DNA of 64,000 nt from Microcoleus sp. GTDB lineage: Bacteria; Cyanobacteriota; Cyanobacteriia; Cyanobacteriales; Microcoleaceae. Each line of letters starts with the position of its first letter. Positions within the stretch are counted from its first letter, which is position 1. Below are positions 20,440-33,012 of the stretch, in pieces. The stretch is taken from contig CP181291.1 of the NCBI GenBank assembly GCA_052279835.1, forward strand, positions 4,192,001-4,256,000, in the 5' to 3' direction. The notes beneath the pieces are model-generated. The model saw nothing but the letters and a program-made list of their open reading frames with translations, ran no database searches and was not told the DNA's origin. A program made the translations under genes and the position numbers.

Positions 20440-23046
20440 TTAATGTGTCATGCCTTCACCTAAATAAGCTTGCATCAGTAACTGCTTCAAATCTGCAATC
20501 AGAGGATAGCGGGGATTGGCACCAGTACACTGATCGTCAAAAGCCCGATCGGCCATTTCTTCTACATGAGCCAAGAAAAAGTCATCGGCGACACCTTGTT
20601 CTAAGAGTACCTCTTGAATTGTGGCTGGAATTTCCACTTGACGTTTTAACTCTTCCACTGCTTCGATCAACTTTTCAACTTTTTCCTCGTCAGTCTCGCC
20701 ACCTAAGTTGAGATAGTTGGCAATCTGAGCATAGCGCCAAGTGCTATTAGGATACTTGTTCTGCGAGAAAGTCGCTTGCTTAAAGGGTACATCCGTCGCA
20801 TTGTAACGAATTACATGGGAAATCATCAGGGCGTTGGCTAAACCGTGAGCAATGTGACAAGTTCCGCCTAACTGGTGGGCGATGGAATGACAAACTCCTA
20901 GGAAAGCATTCGCAAAGGCCATGCCTGCGATCGTAGCAGCATAATGCACTTTTTCCCGTGCTTTGGGGTCTTTAGCACCATTTTTGTAAGCACTGGGCAG
21001 ATATTTGAACAACAGACGAATTGCTTCTAAAGCTAATCCGTTGGTATATTCAGAAGCTAGTACCGAAACGTAAGCTTCGATCGCATGAGTTAACGCATCT
21101 ATCCCACCATAGGCTGTCAGTCGTTTGGGCATATTCATCGTCAATTCTGGATCGACGATCGCAATATTTGGAGTCAAAGCATAATCTGCAAGGGGATATT
21201 TGATACCAGATTTTTCATCTGTCACCACCGCAAAAGGAGTAACTTCCGAACCAGTTCCAGATGTGGTAGGAATTGATACCATGATTGCCTTTTCTCCCAA
21301 GGGTGGAAGTTCATAAACGCGCTTGCGAATATCCATAAATCGCATCGCCAATCCTTCAAACTCAATATCGGGATGTTCGTACATTAACCACATCACCTTT
21401 GCAGCATCCATCGGGGAACCGCCACCAAAGGCAATAATTACATCGGGATGGAAGCTATTGCAAATTGCTAAACCTTTATGAACGGTGGCTAAGGAAGGAT
21501 CGGGTTCCACATCATAAAAAGTATAGTGAGCGATGCCGATTTCTTCCAAACTCTCAGTAACTTCTTTGGTTAATCCGAGTTCAAATAAAGGGCGATCGGT
21601 AACAATTAAAGCCCGTTTTTTCCCGGCCAAATCCCGCAGCGCTACTGGTAAACAACCAAACTTAAAGTAAATCTTAGGAGGGATGCGAAACCACAGCATA
21701 TTCTCCCGACGGGAGGCGACAGTTTTGATATTCAACAGATGATGAGGTGTCACATTCGCCGAAACGGAATTACCGCCCCAGCTACCGCAGCCCAGTGTCA
21801 AAGAAGGATCGAGACGGAAATTGTAAAGATCCCCGATCGCCCCTTGGGAAGATGGAGTATTAATCAGCACCCGCGAAGTTTCCACCTTGGTTTCAAAATA
21901 ACGAATATGTTCCTGATTGCTAGGGGCTGTATACAGCGCCGAAGTATGTCCGTGTCCCCCGAATAAAATTAAGGCTTCTGCTGTTTCGACAGCATCATGA
22001 AAATCAGTGGCGCGATACATCGCCAGAATCGGTGACAGCTTCTCATAAGCAAAAGGTTCATCTTTGTCGATCGCCTCTACTTCCCCAATCAAAACTCTTG
22101 TATTCCCTGGTATTTCCAACCCCGCAACTTCGGCAATTTTGCTTACCGTTTGTCCCACAATTGCTGGATTCAAATGTCCATCGGTTAAAATCACCTGACG
22201 AACTCGATCCCGTTCTTCAGCATTCAGGAAATAAGCACCGCGCTTGATAAATTCCTGTCTCACAGATTCATAAACTGCATCTACCACAACCACCGATTGT
22301 TCCGAAGCACAAATCGTGCCATTATCAAAGGTTTTACTCAAAATTATCGAACTCACCGCCATTTGAATATGGGCGGTTTCATCAATAATTGCCGGAGTAT
22401 TTCCAGCGCCCACGCCGATCGAAGGATGTCCCGAAGAATAAGCCGCTTTCACCATCCCAGGCCCGCCTGTTGCCAAAATCAGCTTGATATCGGGGTTTTG
22501 CATCAAAGCTTGGGAAAGTGGCACTGTTGGCTCATCAATCCAGCCAATGATATCTCGTGGAGCCCCCGCCGCTACCGCCGCATCCAGCACAATTTTTGCC
22601 GCTGCGATCGTGCAATTTTTGGCGTGGGGATGGGGCGAAAAAATGATACCATTTCTAGTTTTAAGTGCAATCAAAGATTTAAAAATTGTAGTAGAAGTGG
22701 GATTGGTGACAGGTACGATTCCAGCTAGGAGTCCCACGGGTTCGGCAATGCGTTCGTAGCCAAAATGTTTGTCGGATTCAATTACGCCACAGGTTTTATC
22801 ATTTTTGTATTTGTTGTAAATCATTTCTGATGCAAAATGATTTTTGATGGCTTTATCTTCGATTACGCCCATTCCTGATTCTTTTACCGCTGCTTTGGCT
22901 AAGGGAATCCGCGCAGCATTAGCAGCCAAAGCTGCTTGTTTAAAAATGCGATCGACTTGCTCTTGAGTAAAAGTGGCAAATTCTGCTTGTGCTGCTTTTA
23001 CGCTTTCAATTAACAGTTTTAATTCATCAATGTTGGTGACTTTCAT
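20440..23046 (-). CDS. adhE: Bifunctional acetaldehyde-CoA/alcohol dehydrogenase
   Basis: ATGGPGMV, GTICASEQ, GGGSPMDAAK, TSGTGSE, DALTHAIE. Confidence 0.97.
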   Translation of the reverse strand: MKVTNIDELKLLIESVKAAQAEFATFTQEQVDRIFKQAALAANAARIPLAKAAVKESGMGVIEDKAIKNHFASEMIYNKYKNDKTCGVIESDKHFGYERIAEPVGLLAGIVPVTNPTSTTIFKSLIALKTRNGIIFSPHPHAKNCTIAAAKIVLDAAVAAGAPRDIIGWIDEPTVPLSQALMQNPDIKLILATGGPGMVKAAYSSGHPSIGVGAGNTPAIIDETAHIQMAVSSIILSKTFDNGTICASEQSVVVVDAVYESVRQEFIKRGAYFLNAEERDRVRQVILTDGHLNPAIVGQTVSKIAEVAGLEIPGNTRVLIGEVEAIDKDEPFAYEKLSPILAMYRATDFHDAVETAEALILFGGHGHTSALYTAPSNQEHIRYFETKVETSRVLINTPSSQGAIGDLYNFRLDPSLTLGCGSWGGNSVSANVTPHHLLNIKTVASRRENMLWFRIPPKIYFKFGCLPVALRDLAGKKRALIVTDRPLFELGLTKEVTESLEEIGIAHYTFYDVEPDPSLATVHKGLAICNSFHPDVIIAFGGGSPMDAAKVMWLMYEHPDIEFEGLAMRFMDIRKRVYELPPLGEKAIMVSIPTTSGTGSEVTPFAVVTDEKSGIKYPLADYALTPNIAIVDPELTMNMPKRLTAYGGIDALTHAIEAYVSVLASEYTNGLALEAIRLLFKYLPSAYKNGAKDPKAREKVHYAATIAGMAFANAFLGVCHSIAHQLGGTCHIAHGLANALMISHVIRYNATDVPFKQATFSQNKYPNSTWRYAQIANYLNLGGETDEEKVEKLIEAVEELKRQVEIPATIQEVLLEQGVADDFFLAHVEEMADRAFDDQCTGANPRYPLIADLKQLLMQAYLGEGMTH

Positions 23047-23100
23047 TGTTAACTTTCCTTGGCTTTATTGTTGTGAAATTGTCGTGAAATTCTGAGATTG

Positions 23101-23383
23101 TAGATCCCCCTAAATCCCCCTTAAGAAGGGGGACTTTGAGAAGATTCCTGTCCCCCCGTTTCTTAAGGGGGACTTTGAGAAGATTCCTGTCCCCCCCTTC
23201 GATCGGGGGGCTAGGGCGTGTTTTCTTGCCTGATCCATCAGATCCTGATCCCCCTCGCATCCCCACCCCCCCCTAGCCCCCCCCAAGGGGGGAAGGGGGA
23301 CGAAAGAGCTTCTTTCTCCCCCCTTTTTAAGGGGGGTTGGGGGGGATCTCCGGGGAGAGAAAACACGCCCTAGGGGGGATCTA
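23101..23383. repeat. Cluster of CCCCC-N-GGGGG palindromic repeats (MITE/SDR-like)
   Basis: Outer inverted repeat TAGATCCCCC...GGGGGATCTA with an internal duplicated CTTAAG..GGGGGACTTTGAGAAGATTCCTGTCCCCCC; related copies at about 4040-4080, 43867-43905 and 52280-52365. Confidence 0.8.
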
Positions 23384-23394
23384 GCCAACTTTAA

Positions 23395-24135
23395 CTAAAG
23401 TGCGATCGCCCCGATCGCCTCTATCCCGCGATCGCGAAAAATATCAACCGTTTGCTGAACCATTTGGGCCGAAGCGGGTGGTGTATCTTTCAGCTCATAA
23501 GCAAGCCCTAATTGTTCCCATTTATATTCCCCCATTTTATGAAAAGGCAGAATTTCTACTCTTTCCACATTTTTGAGAGTCGCGATAAAATCTGCTAACT
23601 TCTCCACGTTTTCAATATTATCAGTGAGGTGTGGAACCAACACAAACCGAATCCAGACAGGCTTACCAATATCGCTGAGATATTTTGCCATCGTTAAAGT
23701 CGGCTCGATGGAAACATTGGTCACTTGGTAATATAGTTCGGGAATGTAGGACTTGATATCTAGTAGAACTAGATCGGTCATTTCTAGCACTGGTTTGGCA
23801 ATTTCTAAACCACAATAACCAGAGGTATCAAGGGCCGTATGCAAGCCTAGTTGATGACAGCGCTCGAAGATTTCTCTCGTGAATTCTAGCTGCATCAATG
23901 GTTCGCCACCGCTGACTGTCACGCCGCCTTTCCGCAGGTAAGATTTACATTTTTTGATTTCATTCATCAGATAATCAACTGTCACTTCTTTACCATCATG
24001 GGCGTTGCGACAATCAGGATTGTGGCAATAAAGACAGCGCAGAGGACAGCCCTGAGTGAAGACAATAAACCTAATTCCTGGCCCGTCAACAGTACCAAAG
24101 GTTTCGATTGAATGAATGCGTCCAATTCCAGACAT
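23395..24135 (-). CDS. pflA: Pyruvate formate-lyase activating enzyme
   Basis: GTVDGPGIR, CPLRCLYC radical-SAM motif, SGGEP. Confidence 0.97.
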   Translation of the reverse strand: MSGIGRIHSIETFGTVDGPGIRFIVFTQGCPLRCLYCHNPDCRNAHDGKEVTVDYLMNEIKKCKSYLRKGGVTVSGGEPLMQLEFTREIFERCHQLGLHTALDTSGYCGLEIAKPVLEMTDLVLLDIKSYIPELYYQVTNVSIEPTLTMAKYLSDIGKPVWIRFVLVPHLTDNIENVEKLADFIATLKNVERVEILPFHKMGEYKWEQLGLAYELKDTPPASAQMVQQTVDIFRDRGIEAIGAIAL

Positions 24136-24392
24136 GAATTTCGCTTTTAGGTAAGTCCACTTAATTAAACGTAAGATACAGGTGGCTAAAAAGCTTGCTC
24201 TATGAGCCTTCTTCACATCGATCTTCCCCCCTTGGGGGGGGCAGGGGGGGGTGACTTCTTCCTTCTTCCTTCTTCCTTCTTCCTTCTTCCTTCTTCCTTC
24301 TACTTAGGTAGGCGGGGCAGGTTTATGAGATGGTTGGTTTTAGGCAATTATGGTTGGTGAACCTGCCCCTACAGAATTTACGTCTTGGCTAT

Positions 24393-26621
24393 CTAGACAC
24401 GTTCGTGGAAAGTCCGTTTAATCACATCTAATTGTTGTTCGCGAGTCAGCTTGATGAAGTTAACCGCATAGCCAGATACGCGAATTGTCAATTGAGGGTA
24501 GTTTTCGGGATGTTCCATTGCATCTAGTAAGGTGGTCCGATCGAGGGCGTTAACATTAATATGATGACCCCCATCATGGAAATAGCCATCGAGTAAACCA
24601 ACTAGATTATTAATGCGATCGCTTTCGAGTCTTCCCAAGGCGGCGGGCAGAATTGAGAAGGTATTCGAGATACCATCTTGACAGTCACTATAGGGCAATT
24701 TTGCCACAGAAGATAGCGAGGCGATCGCGCCGCAACAATCTCGTCCGTGCATGGGATTGGCACCGGGTGCAAAGGGTTCCCCCGCCTTGCGTCCATCGGG
24801 AGTGCTGCCTGTTTTTTTGCCGTAGACTACATTGGAAGTAATCGTCAGGACAGATTGGGTTGGTACTGCGCCGCGATAGGTTTTGTGCTTGCGAATTTCG
24901 TTCATGAACCGTTGCACTAAGTCGATCGCCATACTATCAACGCGATCGTCATTGTTCCCATACTGCGGATAATCGCCTTCAATCAGATAATCCACCGCCA
25001 AACCTTGCTCGTTCCTTTCTACTTTAACTTTGGCGTATTTAATCGCGGAGAGGGAGTCCGCCACCACCGACAAGCCCGCTATGCCACAAGCCATTGTACG
25101 GTAAACATCGCGATCGTGCAGCGCCATTTCCAGCCGTTCGTAGCAATATTTGTCGTGCATATAGTGAATGACGTTCAGCGTATTGATGTAGGCTTTTGCT
25201 AGCCACGCCATCATTTGCTGCAACCGTTCATTTACCTCTTGGTAATCCAAATATTCGGCAGTGATGGGTGCAAATAGAGGTGCTATTTGGTCGCCAGATT
25301 TTTCATCTTTACCGCCATTAATAGCATACAGCAAAGTTTTTGCCAGGTTCACCCTTGCGCCAAAAAACTGCATCTGTTTACCGATTCGCATCACTGATAC
25401 GCAACAGGCGATCGCATAATCATCGCCATAGGTGGGGCGCATCAAATCATCATTTTCATACTGAATTGAACTGGTGTCGCCAGAAACTTTAGCGCAGAAT
25501 TCTTTGAAGTTTTCTGGTAAATGTTCTGACCATAATACAGTCAGGTTTGGTTCTGGTGCTGGGCCCAGATTTGAGAGTGTGTGCAAGAATCGGTAACTGG
25601 TTTTTGTTACCATTGTTCTACCGTCTGCACTCATGCCGCCGATCGCTTCTGTTACCCAAGTGGGATCGCCGGAAAACAGCGCATTATAGTCAGGAGTCCG
25701 CAAAAAGCGCACCATCCGCAGCTTCATCACAAAATGATCGATCAGTTCTTGCAAGTCAACTTCGGCGATCGCCCCACTGCGTAAATCCCCCTCGAAATAT
25801 ACGTCTAAAAACGTGGAGACTCGACCCAGGGACATCGCCGCCCCATTCTGCTCTTTGACAGCGCCTAGATAGCCAAAATACAGCCACTGCACGGCCTCTT
25901 GGGAGTTACCCGCCGGACGACCAATATCAAAGCCGTACTTCGCCCCCATTTCCTTGAGTTCAAACAAAGCCTGCATCTGTTCTGATAACTCTTCCCGCAG
26001 GCGAATTGTTTCCTCGCCCATCATGTCGAGTTCCAGGGATTCTTGCTGAGCTTTTTTGTCATCAATCAGGCGATCGACTCCATACAAAGCCACGCGCCGA
26101 TAATCCCCAATAATCCGCCCGCGCCCGTAAGCATCGGGTAAACCTGTGATAATGCCCGATCGCCTCGCCATCCGCATTTCACGAGTATAAACATCGAACA
26201 CCCCGTCATTATGAGTTTTGCGATATTTAGTAAAAACTTCTTCAGTTTGCGGATCTAGTTGATAGCCATAGGCTTCCAAACCAGCTTTCACCACACGAAT
26301 TCCGCCATAGGGCATGATTGCCCGTTTCAGAGGTTTATCTGTCTGCAAACCGACAATTTGTTCTAGTTCGCGATTTATATATCCAGCGTCATGGGCTATA
26401 ATTGAAGAGGGTACTTTGGTATCAACATCCAATACACCCTTTTCAATTTCTAGTTTCATTAGTTCCAAGACTTCTTGCCACAGCTTCTGAGTCCTTGTCG
26501 TTGGTCCTACTAGAAACTCCGCATTCCCTTCATAGGGTGTGTAATTCTTTTGAATAAAATCCCTGACATTGACTTCTTTTGTCCAACTCCCTTCTGTAAA
26601 GCCGTACCATTCTGCATACAT
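24393..26621 (-). CDS. pflB: Formate acetyltransferase (pyruvate formate-lyase)
   Basis: IACCVS active-site cysteines and IRVSGYAV glycyl-radical motif. Confidence 0.98.
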   Translation of the reverse strand: MYAEWYGFTEGSWTKEVNVRDFIQKNYTPYEGNAEFLVGPTTRTQKLWQEVLELMKLEIEKGVLDVDTKVPSSIIAHDAGYINRELEQIVGLQTDKPLKRAIMPYGGIRVVKAGLEAYGYQLDPQTEEVFTKYRKTHNDGVFDVYTREMRMARRSGIITGLPDAYGRGRIIGDYRRVALYGVDRLIDDKKAQQESLELDMMGEETIRLREELSEQMQALFELKEMGAKYGFDIGRPAGNSQEAVQWLYFGYLGAVKEQNGAAMSLGRVSTFLDVYFEGDLRSGAIAEVDLQELIDHFVMKLRMVRFLRTPDYNALFSGDPTWVTEAIGGMSADGRTMVTKTSYRFLHTLSNLGPAPEPNLTVLWSEHLPENFKEFCAKVSGDTSSIQYENDDLMRPTYGDDYAIACCVSVMRIGKQMQFFGARVNLAKTLLYAINGGKDEKSGDQIAPLFAPITAEYLDYQEVNERLQQMMAWLAKAYINTLNVIHYMHDKYCYERLEMALHDRDVYRTMACGIAGLSVVADSLSAIKYAKVKVERNEQGLAVDYLIEGDYPQYGNNDDRVDSMAIDLVQRFMNEIRKHKTYRGAVPTQSVLTITSNVVYGKKTGSTPDGRKAGEPFAPGANPMHGRDCCGAIASLSSVAKLPYSDCQDGISNTFSILPAALGRLESDRINNLVGLLDGYFHDGGHHINVNALDRTTLLDAMEHPENYPQLTIRVSGYAVNFIKLTREQQLDVIKRTFHERV

Positions 26622-26778
26622 AGCTTTAACCTCCTATTTTGGACTCTTTTTAAAGATGTCGCTCTTTCATCTTTTGTCTCCATTATATATCTATCCCATC
26701 ATCTCCCATGGAAATGCTGTCATGTTTTTACAAAAGTTAACTACTTGATGGTCCGATCGCACTTAAACATTCCTGTTA

Positions 26779-28149
26779 TCAGCTATATATACAATAGCGA
26801 TCGCGCCCCTGTTTTTTTGCTTGATATAGTGCTTTGTCTGCACGAGCAACCAGGACATCTGGCTCCAATTCTAAGCTAGGGATGAGTGAGGCGATTCCCA
26901 AACTAACTGTGAGGGTATTCTTGACATGAGACTGCTCATGGGGAATCGCCAAAGTATGAATTGCTTGCTGAATGTTTTGTGCTATCTTAATCCCCCCCTC
27001 CAAATCCGTATTGGGGAGGAGTAACGCAAATTCTTCGCCGCCATAACGCGCTGCTAAATCTGCCGGACGATGAACTACTGTTTGTAATGTTTTCCCGATT
27101 CTAACTAAGCAATTATCACCCGCCAAATGACCATAGTAGTCGTTGTAGCTTTTGAAAGTATCAATATCCAATAAAATCAGAGAAAGTGGCTGCTTTTCTA
27201 GCCCTAATCGTTGCCACTCGCTTTGGAGGCGATTGTTGAAACAGCCACGGTTAGCCACCTGAGTCAAAGCATCTAAGTTCGCCAATATCTCTAGTTTTTG
27301 ATTAGTTTCTTTGAAAGCTATTTCCATTTGTTTACGTGTGGTGATATCGCGGATGGTAATAGCAAAACCATCACCTAGTTTTACTGCTACAAAGTGAAAC
27401 CAAGAAGACTGTCCCCATTCATAGTAAAAATCGTATTCTAAAGGTTCCCCCGTTTCCACAATTTCCACAAAGCGCTGGAATAATTCTGGAGTAACATTGC
27501 TCAAAAACTTTTTCAGTACCAATTTACCAATCATCTCTTCACGGGGGCGTTTAAAAACTCTAGCAATCACGGGGTTGACAACTAAACAACGAAAATCCTC
27601 AATCTCCCCAGTTAGGTGGTTGCGGACAGCTTGCATTGCCGCAATACCATCCAGGGAACTATTTAAAACGCTAGCCAGTAAAGCCCTCGATTGATACAGT
27701 ACCTCTTCCGCTTCTCTGCGGATATTAATTTCTTTTTCCAGAAGCCGTTGCTGACGTTGAATGATTAACTGATTTTCCAGACGCGCTACAACTTCTTCAA
27801 TTTGAAAGGGTTTGGTAATGTAATCTATCCCTCCTGAATTAAAAGCTTTTACCTTGTCAAAAACATCATCTAAAGCACTAATAAAAATAACGGGAATGTG
27901 GCGTATACTCTCATCGGATTTGATGGATTTACATACTTCATAACCATCCATTTCTGGCATCTTAACATCTAACAAAATGACATCTGGCGGCTTGATTTTT
28001 ATGGTTTTTAGTGCCATCACTCCACTGGTGGTGCTGCGAACAGTGTAGCCAAGCTTGAGGAGTACATCGCTTAAACATTGCAGATTCCCGCGGTTGTCAT
28101 CTACTAGGAGAATGTTCCCTTTTTCTGTGTCTTGATAATTTAAATTCAT
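26779..28149 (-). CDS. REC-PAS-GGDEF diguanylate cyclase
   Basis: REC domain (LLVDD, LLDVKMP, KPF), PAS-like middle, RPAD I-site and GGEEF. Confidence 0.92.
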   Translation of the reverse strand: MNLNYQDTEKGNILLVDDNRGNLQCLSDVLLKLGYTVRSTTSGVMALKTIKIKPPDVILLDVKMPEMDGYEVCKSIKSDESIRHIPVIFISALDDVFDKVKAFNSGGIDYITKPFQIEEVVARLENQLIIQRQQRLLEKEINIRREAEEVLYQSRALLASVLNSSLDGIAAMQAVRNHLTGEIEDFRCLVVNPVIARVFKRPREEMIGKLVLKKFLSNVTPELFQRFVEIVETGEPLEYDFYYEWGQSSWFHFVAVKLGDGFAITIRDITTRKQMEIAFKETNQKLEILANLDALTQVANRGCFNNRLQSEWQRLGLEKQPLSLILLDIDTFKSYNDYYGHLAGDNCLVRIGKTLQTVVHRPADLAARYGGEEFALLLPNTDLEGGIKIAQNIQQAIHTLAIPHEQSHVKNTLTVSLGIASLIPSLELEPDVLVARADKALYQAKKQGRDRYCIYS

Positions 28150-28199
28150 GCGTTCTCAACGTTATTTGATTAATGGTTTTATTGCTAGATCAATTTTCC

Positions 28200-29900
28200 T
28201 TACTTTTTTTTTACTATGGGAATCTCAATTACAAATTCTGCTCCTTTTCCGAGAGTAGAGTAACAATATAAATCCCCACCGTGTTTATCAACCACAATCT
28301 GGTGACAGATAAACAGTCCCAGTCCCGTACCTTCTCCTACCTCTTTGGTAGTAAAGAAAGGGTCAAACAACTTGGATTGTAATTCTTTAGCAATTCCCCA
28401 GCCATTATCTGATATTTTAATTGAGATTCGATGATTATTGTGAACTTGAGTTGTAATTTTTATTTTTGGTCTCTCACCTATAAAATGAGTAGACACGGAA
28501 TCAATAGCATTATTTATCAGATTCATAAATACCTGATTAAGTTGACCGGAATAACACTCAATCAGCGGCAGTTGACCATAATCTTTAATCACGGCAATTT
28601 CGGGATTTTTTAGCGTCGCTTTTAGGCGATTTTGGAGAATCATCAGCGTATTGTCGATACCTTGATGAATATCCACTCGTTTGAATTCAGCCTCATCGTG
28701 ACGGGAGAAATTCCGCAGGGACAGAACTATTTCCTGAATACGTTCGGTCCCTATCTGCATAGAATTAAGTAGTTTGAGCAAGTCTTCTTGCAGAAAATCT
28801 AGGTTAATAGCCTTGATTTCTGCTTGAATTTCTGGTGGGGGATCTGGTAAATGTTGTTGATATAGTTTTACCAAATTTAGTAAATCTTGGAAATATTCCG
28901 TAGCAGGACTCAGATTGCCGTGAATAAAATTAACTGGATTGTTAATTTCATGTGCTACACCTGCAACCAGATTCCCAATAGAAGACATTTTTTCACTATG
29001 AATGAGTTTTGCTTGGGTGCGTTTGAGTTCCCTAAGAGTAAGTTTTAAATTTTCAGCTTGTTGTTTTAATTGGAATTCCGCTTGTTTGCGTGCAGTGATA
29101 TCGCGGATGGTAATAGCAAAACCATCACCCAGTTTCACTGCTACAAAATGAAACCAAGAAGACACTGATTCATAGTAAAAATCTTGTGCTAAACTGTCTC
29201 CATTTTCAACAATATTAACGAAGCAATTAAAGAGTTCGGGAGCGATACGATGCAAAATTTTTTTGACTACCAATTTACCAATTATCTGTTCGCGAGTGCG
29301 TTTGAAAACTCTAGCAATCACCGGGTTGACCACTAAACAACGAAAATCCTCAATCTCCCCACTTAGGTGGTTGCGGACAGCTTGCAGTGCCGCAATACCA
29401 TCCAGGGAACTATTTAAAACACTAGCCAGTAAAGCCCTCGATTGATACAGTACCTCTTCGGCTTCCCTGCGGATAGTAATTTCTTTTTCCAGAAGCCGTT
29501 GCTGACGTTGAATAATTAACTGATTTTCCACACGCGCTACGACTTCTTCGATGTGAAATGGTTTGGTAATGTAATCTATGCCCCCTGACTCAAAGGCTTT
29601 TACCTTGTCAAAAACATCATCTAAAGCACTAATAAAAATAACGGGAATTTGGCGTAGACTCTCATCAGATTTGATCGCTTTACAGACTTCATAACCATCC
29701 ATTCGTGGCATTTTAATATCTAAAAGAATGACATCTGGTCGCTTGACTTTTATGGTTTTCAGTGCCATCAATCCACTGGTGACGCTACGAACAGTGTAGC
29801 CAAGTTTGAAGAGAACATCGCTTAGTAATTGTAAGTTTTCGATCAGATCGTCTACAATCAGAATATTACCTTTATTGTCGGTTTCAGAATTAAGGTTCAT
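28200..29900 (-). CDS. REC-PAS-histidine kinase hybrid
   Basis: REC domain; AHEINNP H-box; [24 protein letters not shown]. Confidence 0.93.
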   Translation of the reverse strand: MNLNSETDNKGNILIVDDLIENLQLLSDVLFKLGYTVRSVTSGLMALKTIKVKRPDVILLDIKMPRMDGYEVCKAIKSDESLRQIPVIFISALDDVFDKVKAFESGGIDYITKPFHIEEVVARVENQLIIQRQQRLLEKEITIRREAEEVLYQSRALLASVLNSSLDGIAALQAVRNHLSGEIEDFRCLVVNPVIARVFKRTREQIIGKLVVKKILHRIAPELFNCFVNIVENGDSLAQDFYYESVSSWFHFVAVKLGDGFAITIRDITARKQAEFQLKQQAENLKLTLRELKRTQAKLIHSEKMSSIGNLVAGVAHEINNPVNFIHGNLSPATEYFQDLLNLVKLYQQHLPDPPPEIQAEIKAINLDFLQEDLLKLLNSMQIGTERIQEIVLSLRNFSRHDEAEFKRVDIHQGIDNTLMILQNRLKATLKNPEIAVIKDYGQLPLIECYSGQLNQVFMNLINNAIDSVSTHFIGERPKIKITTQVHNNHRISIKISDNGWGIAKELQSKLFDPFFTTKEVGEGTGLGLFICHQIVVDKHGGDLYCYSTLGKGAEFVIEIPIVKKK

Positions 29901-32658
29901 CGGTTATAAGGGGTTCGGCTAGGTCAATAATTTGTTCAAATTGAAATTGACGTACCAGTTTGGTCAATGATTGTATCAAACAAGTTTCTGTCTGGGGAAT
30001 TTCTGCTAGCAGTGGTAAGGCGACTTGGGTATTTGCTTCAAGAGCAGCTTCGTATAGTTGGGTAATCCATTCTTGAGGCATACAGGTGAGGTGTTGTGAA
30101 GTCAAGACGCTCTCTGCTTGCTCATTTAAGCTTGGTGAAGTTGTTTCCGCTAAGATATATTTTACACCAAGATGTTTAGCCAGTGTGTCGAAAATTGTAT
30201 GTTCGGTAAACGGTTTGCGGAGGAAGTCATCGCACCCCGCTGAAAGCACGATCGCCTTTTCTTCTTCTAACACACTCGCAGTTAAAGCAATTACCGCTGT
30301 CCGATTGCCTTTGGTGGTAGATTTAATATGTTTGGTGGCTTCATAACCATCCATAAGGGGCATTCTCATATCCATCCAGATTAAATGCGGTTCCCATTCA
30401 TCCCAAATGGCGATCGCCTCTTGTCCATTACTAGCTTCTTTCATTTCAAATCCTAAAGGAGTGAGTAACTTAATGAGTAATTGTCGATTAATTATTTTGT
30501 CATCTACTGTGAGAATTTTATAGGTAGGTTGACCGGGAGCAATTCCCAGCACTCTGGAATGTTCTTCTGAACTATTGGCATTTGTTTCTTGACCCAGTTT
30601 TACCTGAATATAAAATTGGAAAGTTGTGCCTTTTCCCAAATCGCTTTCTACTGAAATATCCCCTCCCATCAGTTGCACAAATTTGCGACTGATAGCTAAA
30701 CCTAAACCAGTTCCTTCTTGCATCTCTTTCCCGGCTTGTGCTTGGGAAAAAGCATCAAAAATATGTGGTAGTTCTGCGGAGGCAATCCCTACCCCAGTAT
30801 CGCGCACCCGAAAATGAAGATTAAAAACATCTGTTGTTTCTAGCTCTTCCTGAAAAACATCGAGAATAATTTGACCCTCTGAGGTAAATTTAATAGCATT
30901 GCTGAGTAAATTAATTAACACCTGACGTAATTTGACTTCATCCGTACAAATATAGTGGGGGACATTTTCAGTCCGCTGGAATATCAACTTTAAGCCCGCA
31001 TTACTAGCCCGGAGATACAGCATATCTTCTAAATCATTCAGTAAGCGGTAGAGGTCAAATTCACTGGGATTGAGGGTGGTTTTGTCGGCTTCGATTTTGG
31101 ATAAATCGAGGATATGATTAATTAGCGTCAACAGGTAATCGCCACTGCGATATATGATGCCAGCATTTTCGTGTTGTTCTGATGGCAAGTTTGTAGAGCG
31201 TATCATCAATTGAGAAAAACCGAGAATAGCATTGAGAGGCGATCGCAATTCGTGGCTCATGTTGGCAATAAAGGTACTCTTAGCTTGATTAGCAACTTCG
31301 GCTTTTTCCTTAGCAATTGCCAATTCTTCGGTTCTTTGTTGCACTTTTTCTTCTAAATTTTCAAACAATTCTTTTAATTGATGAGCCATGGTATTAAATG
31401 AAATTGCCAGTTCTCCTAATTCATAAGTTTGGTCAATTTCTACACTTTGGTCTAGTTTCCCATCGGCTATATTTTTCGCTGCTTTATTAAGTTTTAAAAT
31501 TGGTTGTGCTACCCAATTGCTAGTCATAATCCCAATAGTTACTACTAAAAAAAATGCCAACACGCACAATAAAATTGTCTGGCGAGTATTAGCATGAATA
31601 CGATCGAGAAAGTCTGATTCAGGTACAACAGTAACAATCAACCAATCTATGCCTAACTCATCTTTATAGGGCGAAATTTGTAAAAATTGTAGAGCGTGAT
31701 TATACTGAAATTCAAGTTGATAGCTGCGGTCAATTGTAGCAAAATCAACGAAATATTTTTTGAGATACTTTGCTGTAGCTTTAACGAGCGGAACGCTACT
31801 TTGTTCTATAGAAGGTCGTGTGGTTTTTTTGAAAGTTTTACTATTATTAAGACTAATTTCAGGTTGAGAACTCGCTACTAACAACCCTTGGCGATCGACA
31901 ATAAATGTTTCTCCATTTTTGCCAATCTTATGTTTCCCCAGAAAATTTTGAACATTATCTAATTCATAAGTAGCTGTAATCACACCTAAAAGTTTACTAT
32001 TTTCGTCGTAAATTGGCTGACAAAGATCCAGAAAAAAAATATGGTAGTCAATTCCTGAATAAATTGGCAGCCAATTTAGTTTACCTGCTTTGACTGCTCC
32101 CATGTACCAAGGACGCTGCCTGGGATCGTAATATCTGGTAAATTTTTTCATTACTTTGGTAGGCTGACCTTGGGGACTAATGGCATATTCCAAAGTAAAA
32201 TAATTAGTAGAAGCATTGGAAACCACAAATCTTAATTCTTTATTTTCTGGCTTTCTCCAAACCTCTAAATATTGATTCTTGTCTTGAGAAGATAAACCAA
32301 TCCGACTAACTCCATCGAAATTTTTGATCAGTTGCCATAAATAATGATATTTTTTAGTCTCTTGATTTTGTAAATCGAGATTTAATTCCCCCCGTTCAAT
32401 AGCATCAACGTTAAGTTTATGAATCATCACGAGAGCCGATAACTGGTTGTTAATATATGTTTGGATTTCTAAGGTAATTTTTTCCCGCAATTGAGTAGCA
32501 ATTTCGTTAACGGCTTGTTTGCCATTTTCATAGGAGAGAAACCCGACTAATCCAACTATCAGAAAAATTTCCATCAAAAAAGGTACAGTAAAAATAATTC
32601 TTAAAGGTATTTTTGTCAAAAATTTAGAAAAGTTTTTATTCAGATGAGAAGATTTCAT
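29890..32658 (-). CDS. Membrane hybrid sensor kinase (Cache-HAMP-HisKA-HATPase-REC)
   Basis: Two TM segments, YDPRQRPWY Cache motif, [19 protein letters not shown]-terminal REC. Confidence 0.93.
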   Translation of the reverse strand: MKSSHLNKNFSKFLTKIPLRIIFTVPFLMEIFLIVGLVGFLSYENGKQAVNEIATQLREKITLEIQTYINNQLSALVMIHKLNVDAIERGELNLDLQNQETKKYHYLWQLIKNFDGVSRIGLSSQDKNQYLEVWRKPENKELRFVVSNASTNYFTLEYAISPQGQPTKVMKKFTRYYDPRQRPWYMGAVKAGKLNWLPIYSGIDYHIFFLDLCQPIYDENSKLLGVITATYELDNVQNFLGKHKIGKNGETFIVDRQGLLVASSQPEISLNNSKTFKKTTRPSIEQSSVPLVKATAKYLKKYFVDFATIDRSYQLEFQYNHALQFLQISPYKDELGIDWLIVTVVPESDFLDRIHANTRQTILLCVLAFFLVVTIGIMTSNWVAQPILKLNKAAKNIADGKLDQSVEIDQTYELGELAISFNTMAHQLKELFENLEEKVQQRTEELAIAKEKAEVANQAKSTFIANMSHELRSPLNAILGFSQLMIRSTNLPSEQHENAGIIYRSGDYLLTLINHILDLSKIEADKTTLNPSEFDLYRLLNDLEDMLYLRASNAGLKLIFQRTENVPHYICTDEVKLRQVLINLLSNAIKFTSEGQIILDVFQEELETTDVFNLHFRVRDTGVGIASAELPHIFDAFSQAQAGKEMQEGTGLGLAISRKFVQLMGGDISVESDLGKGTTFQFYIQVKLGQETNANSSEEHSRVLGIAPGQPTYKILTVDDKIINRQLLIKLLTPLGFEMKEASNGQEAIAIWDEWEPHLIWMDMRMPLMDGYEATKHIKSTTKGNRTAVIALTASVLEEEKAIVLSAGCDDFLRKPFTEHTIFDTLAKHLGVKYILAETTSPSLNEQAESVLTSQHLTCMPQEWITQLYEAALEANTQVALPLLAEIPQTETCLIQSLTKLVRQFQFEQIIDLAEPLITDEP

Positions 32659-32730
32659 TGCCCGACTACCTTACTACCTAAATATAATCATTATACGGAA
32701 TGTTGAGCTGGTAAATGTTCGCTAATTACA

Positions 32731-32833
32731 TATAGCAATCCTAAATGAGTCGCAAGTTTTTTACCCCACCCCAACCCTCCCCTTGAATCAGGGGAGGGAG
32801 CAAGAAATTCACAAATGATTTAGGATTGCTATA
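32731..32833. mobile_element. MITE with TAGCAATCCTAAAT terminal inverted repeats and TA flanks
   Basis: TA-TAGCAATCCTAAAT ... ATTTAGGATTGCTA-TA with an internal CCCTCCCC/GGGGAGGG hairpin. Confidence 0.75.
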
Positions 32834-33012
32834 TATAGTCCTGGACGCAAACAACCAGATTTTCGACAAAAATATTCGTTTTTTTCCATAAAATTCAGGT
32901 TGGCATTCTCCTGGGATTGGCGAATTTGGGGCTAGTAGGTTAACCTGGTTGACAATAGAAGAAATCCAGCTAAAAAATAGCCTCGCTCGAACCCTCATAA
33001 CAGAAGCAGGAC

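Noticed and set aside
23027..23388. Short ORFs between pflA and adhE (also 52209-52472)
   Set aside because: They are translations of palindromic repeat clusters.
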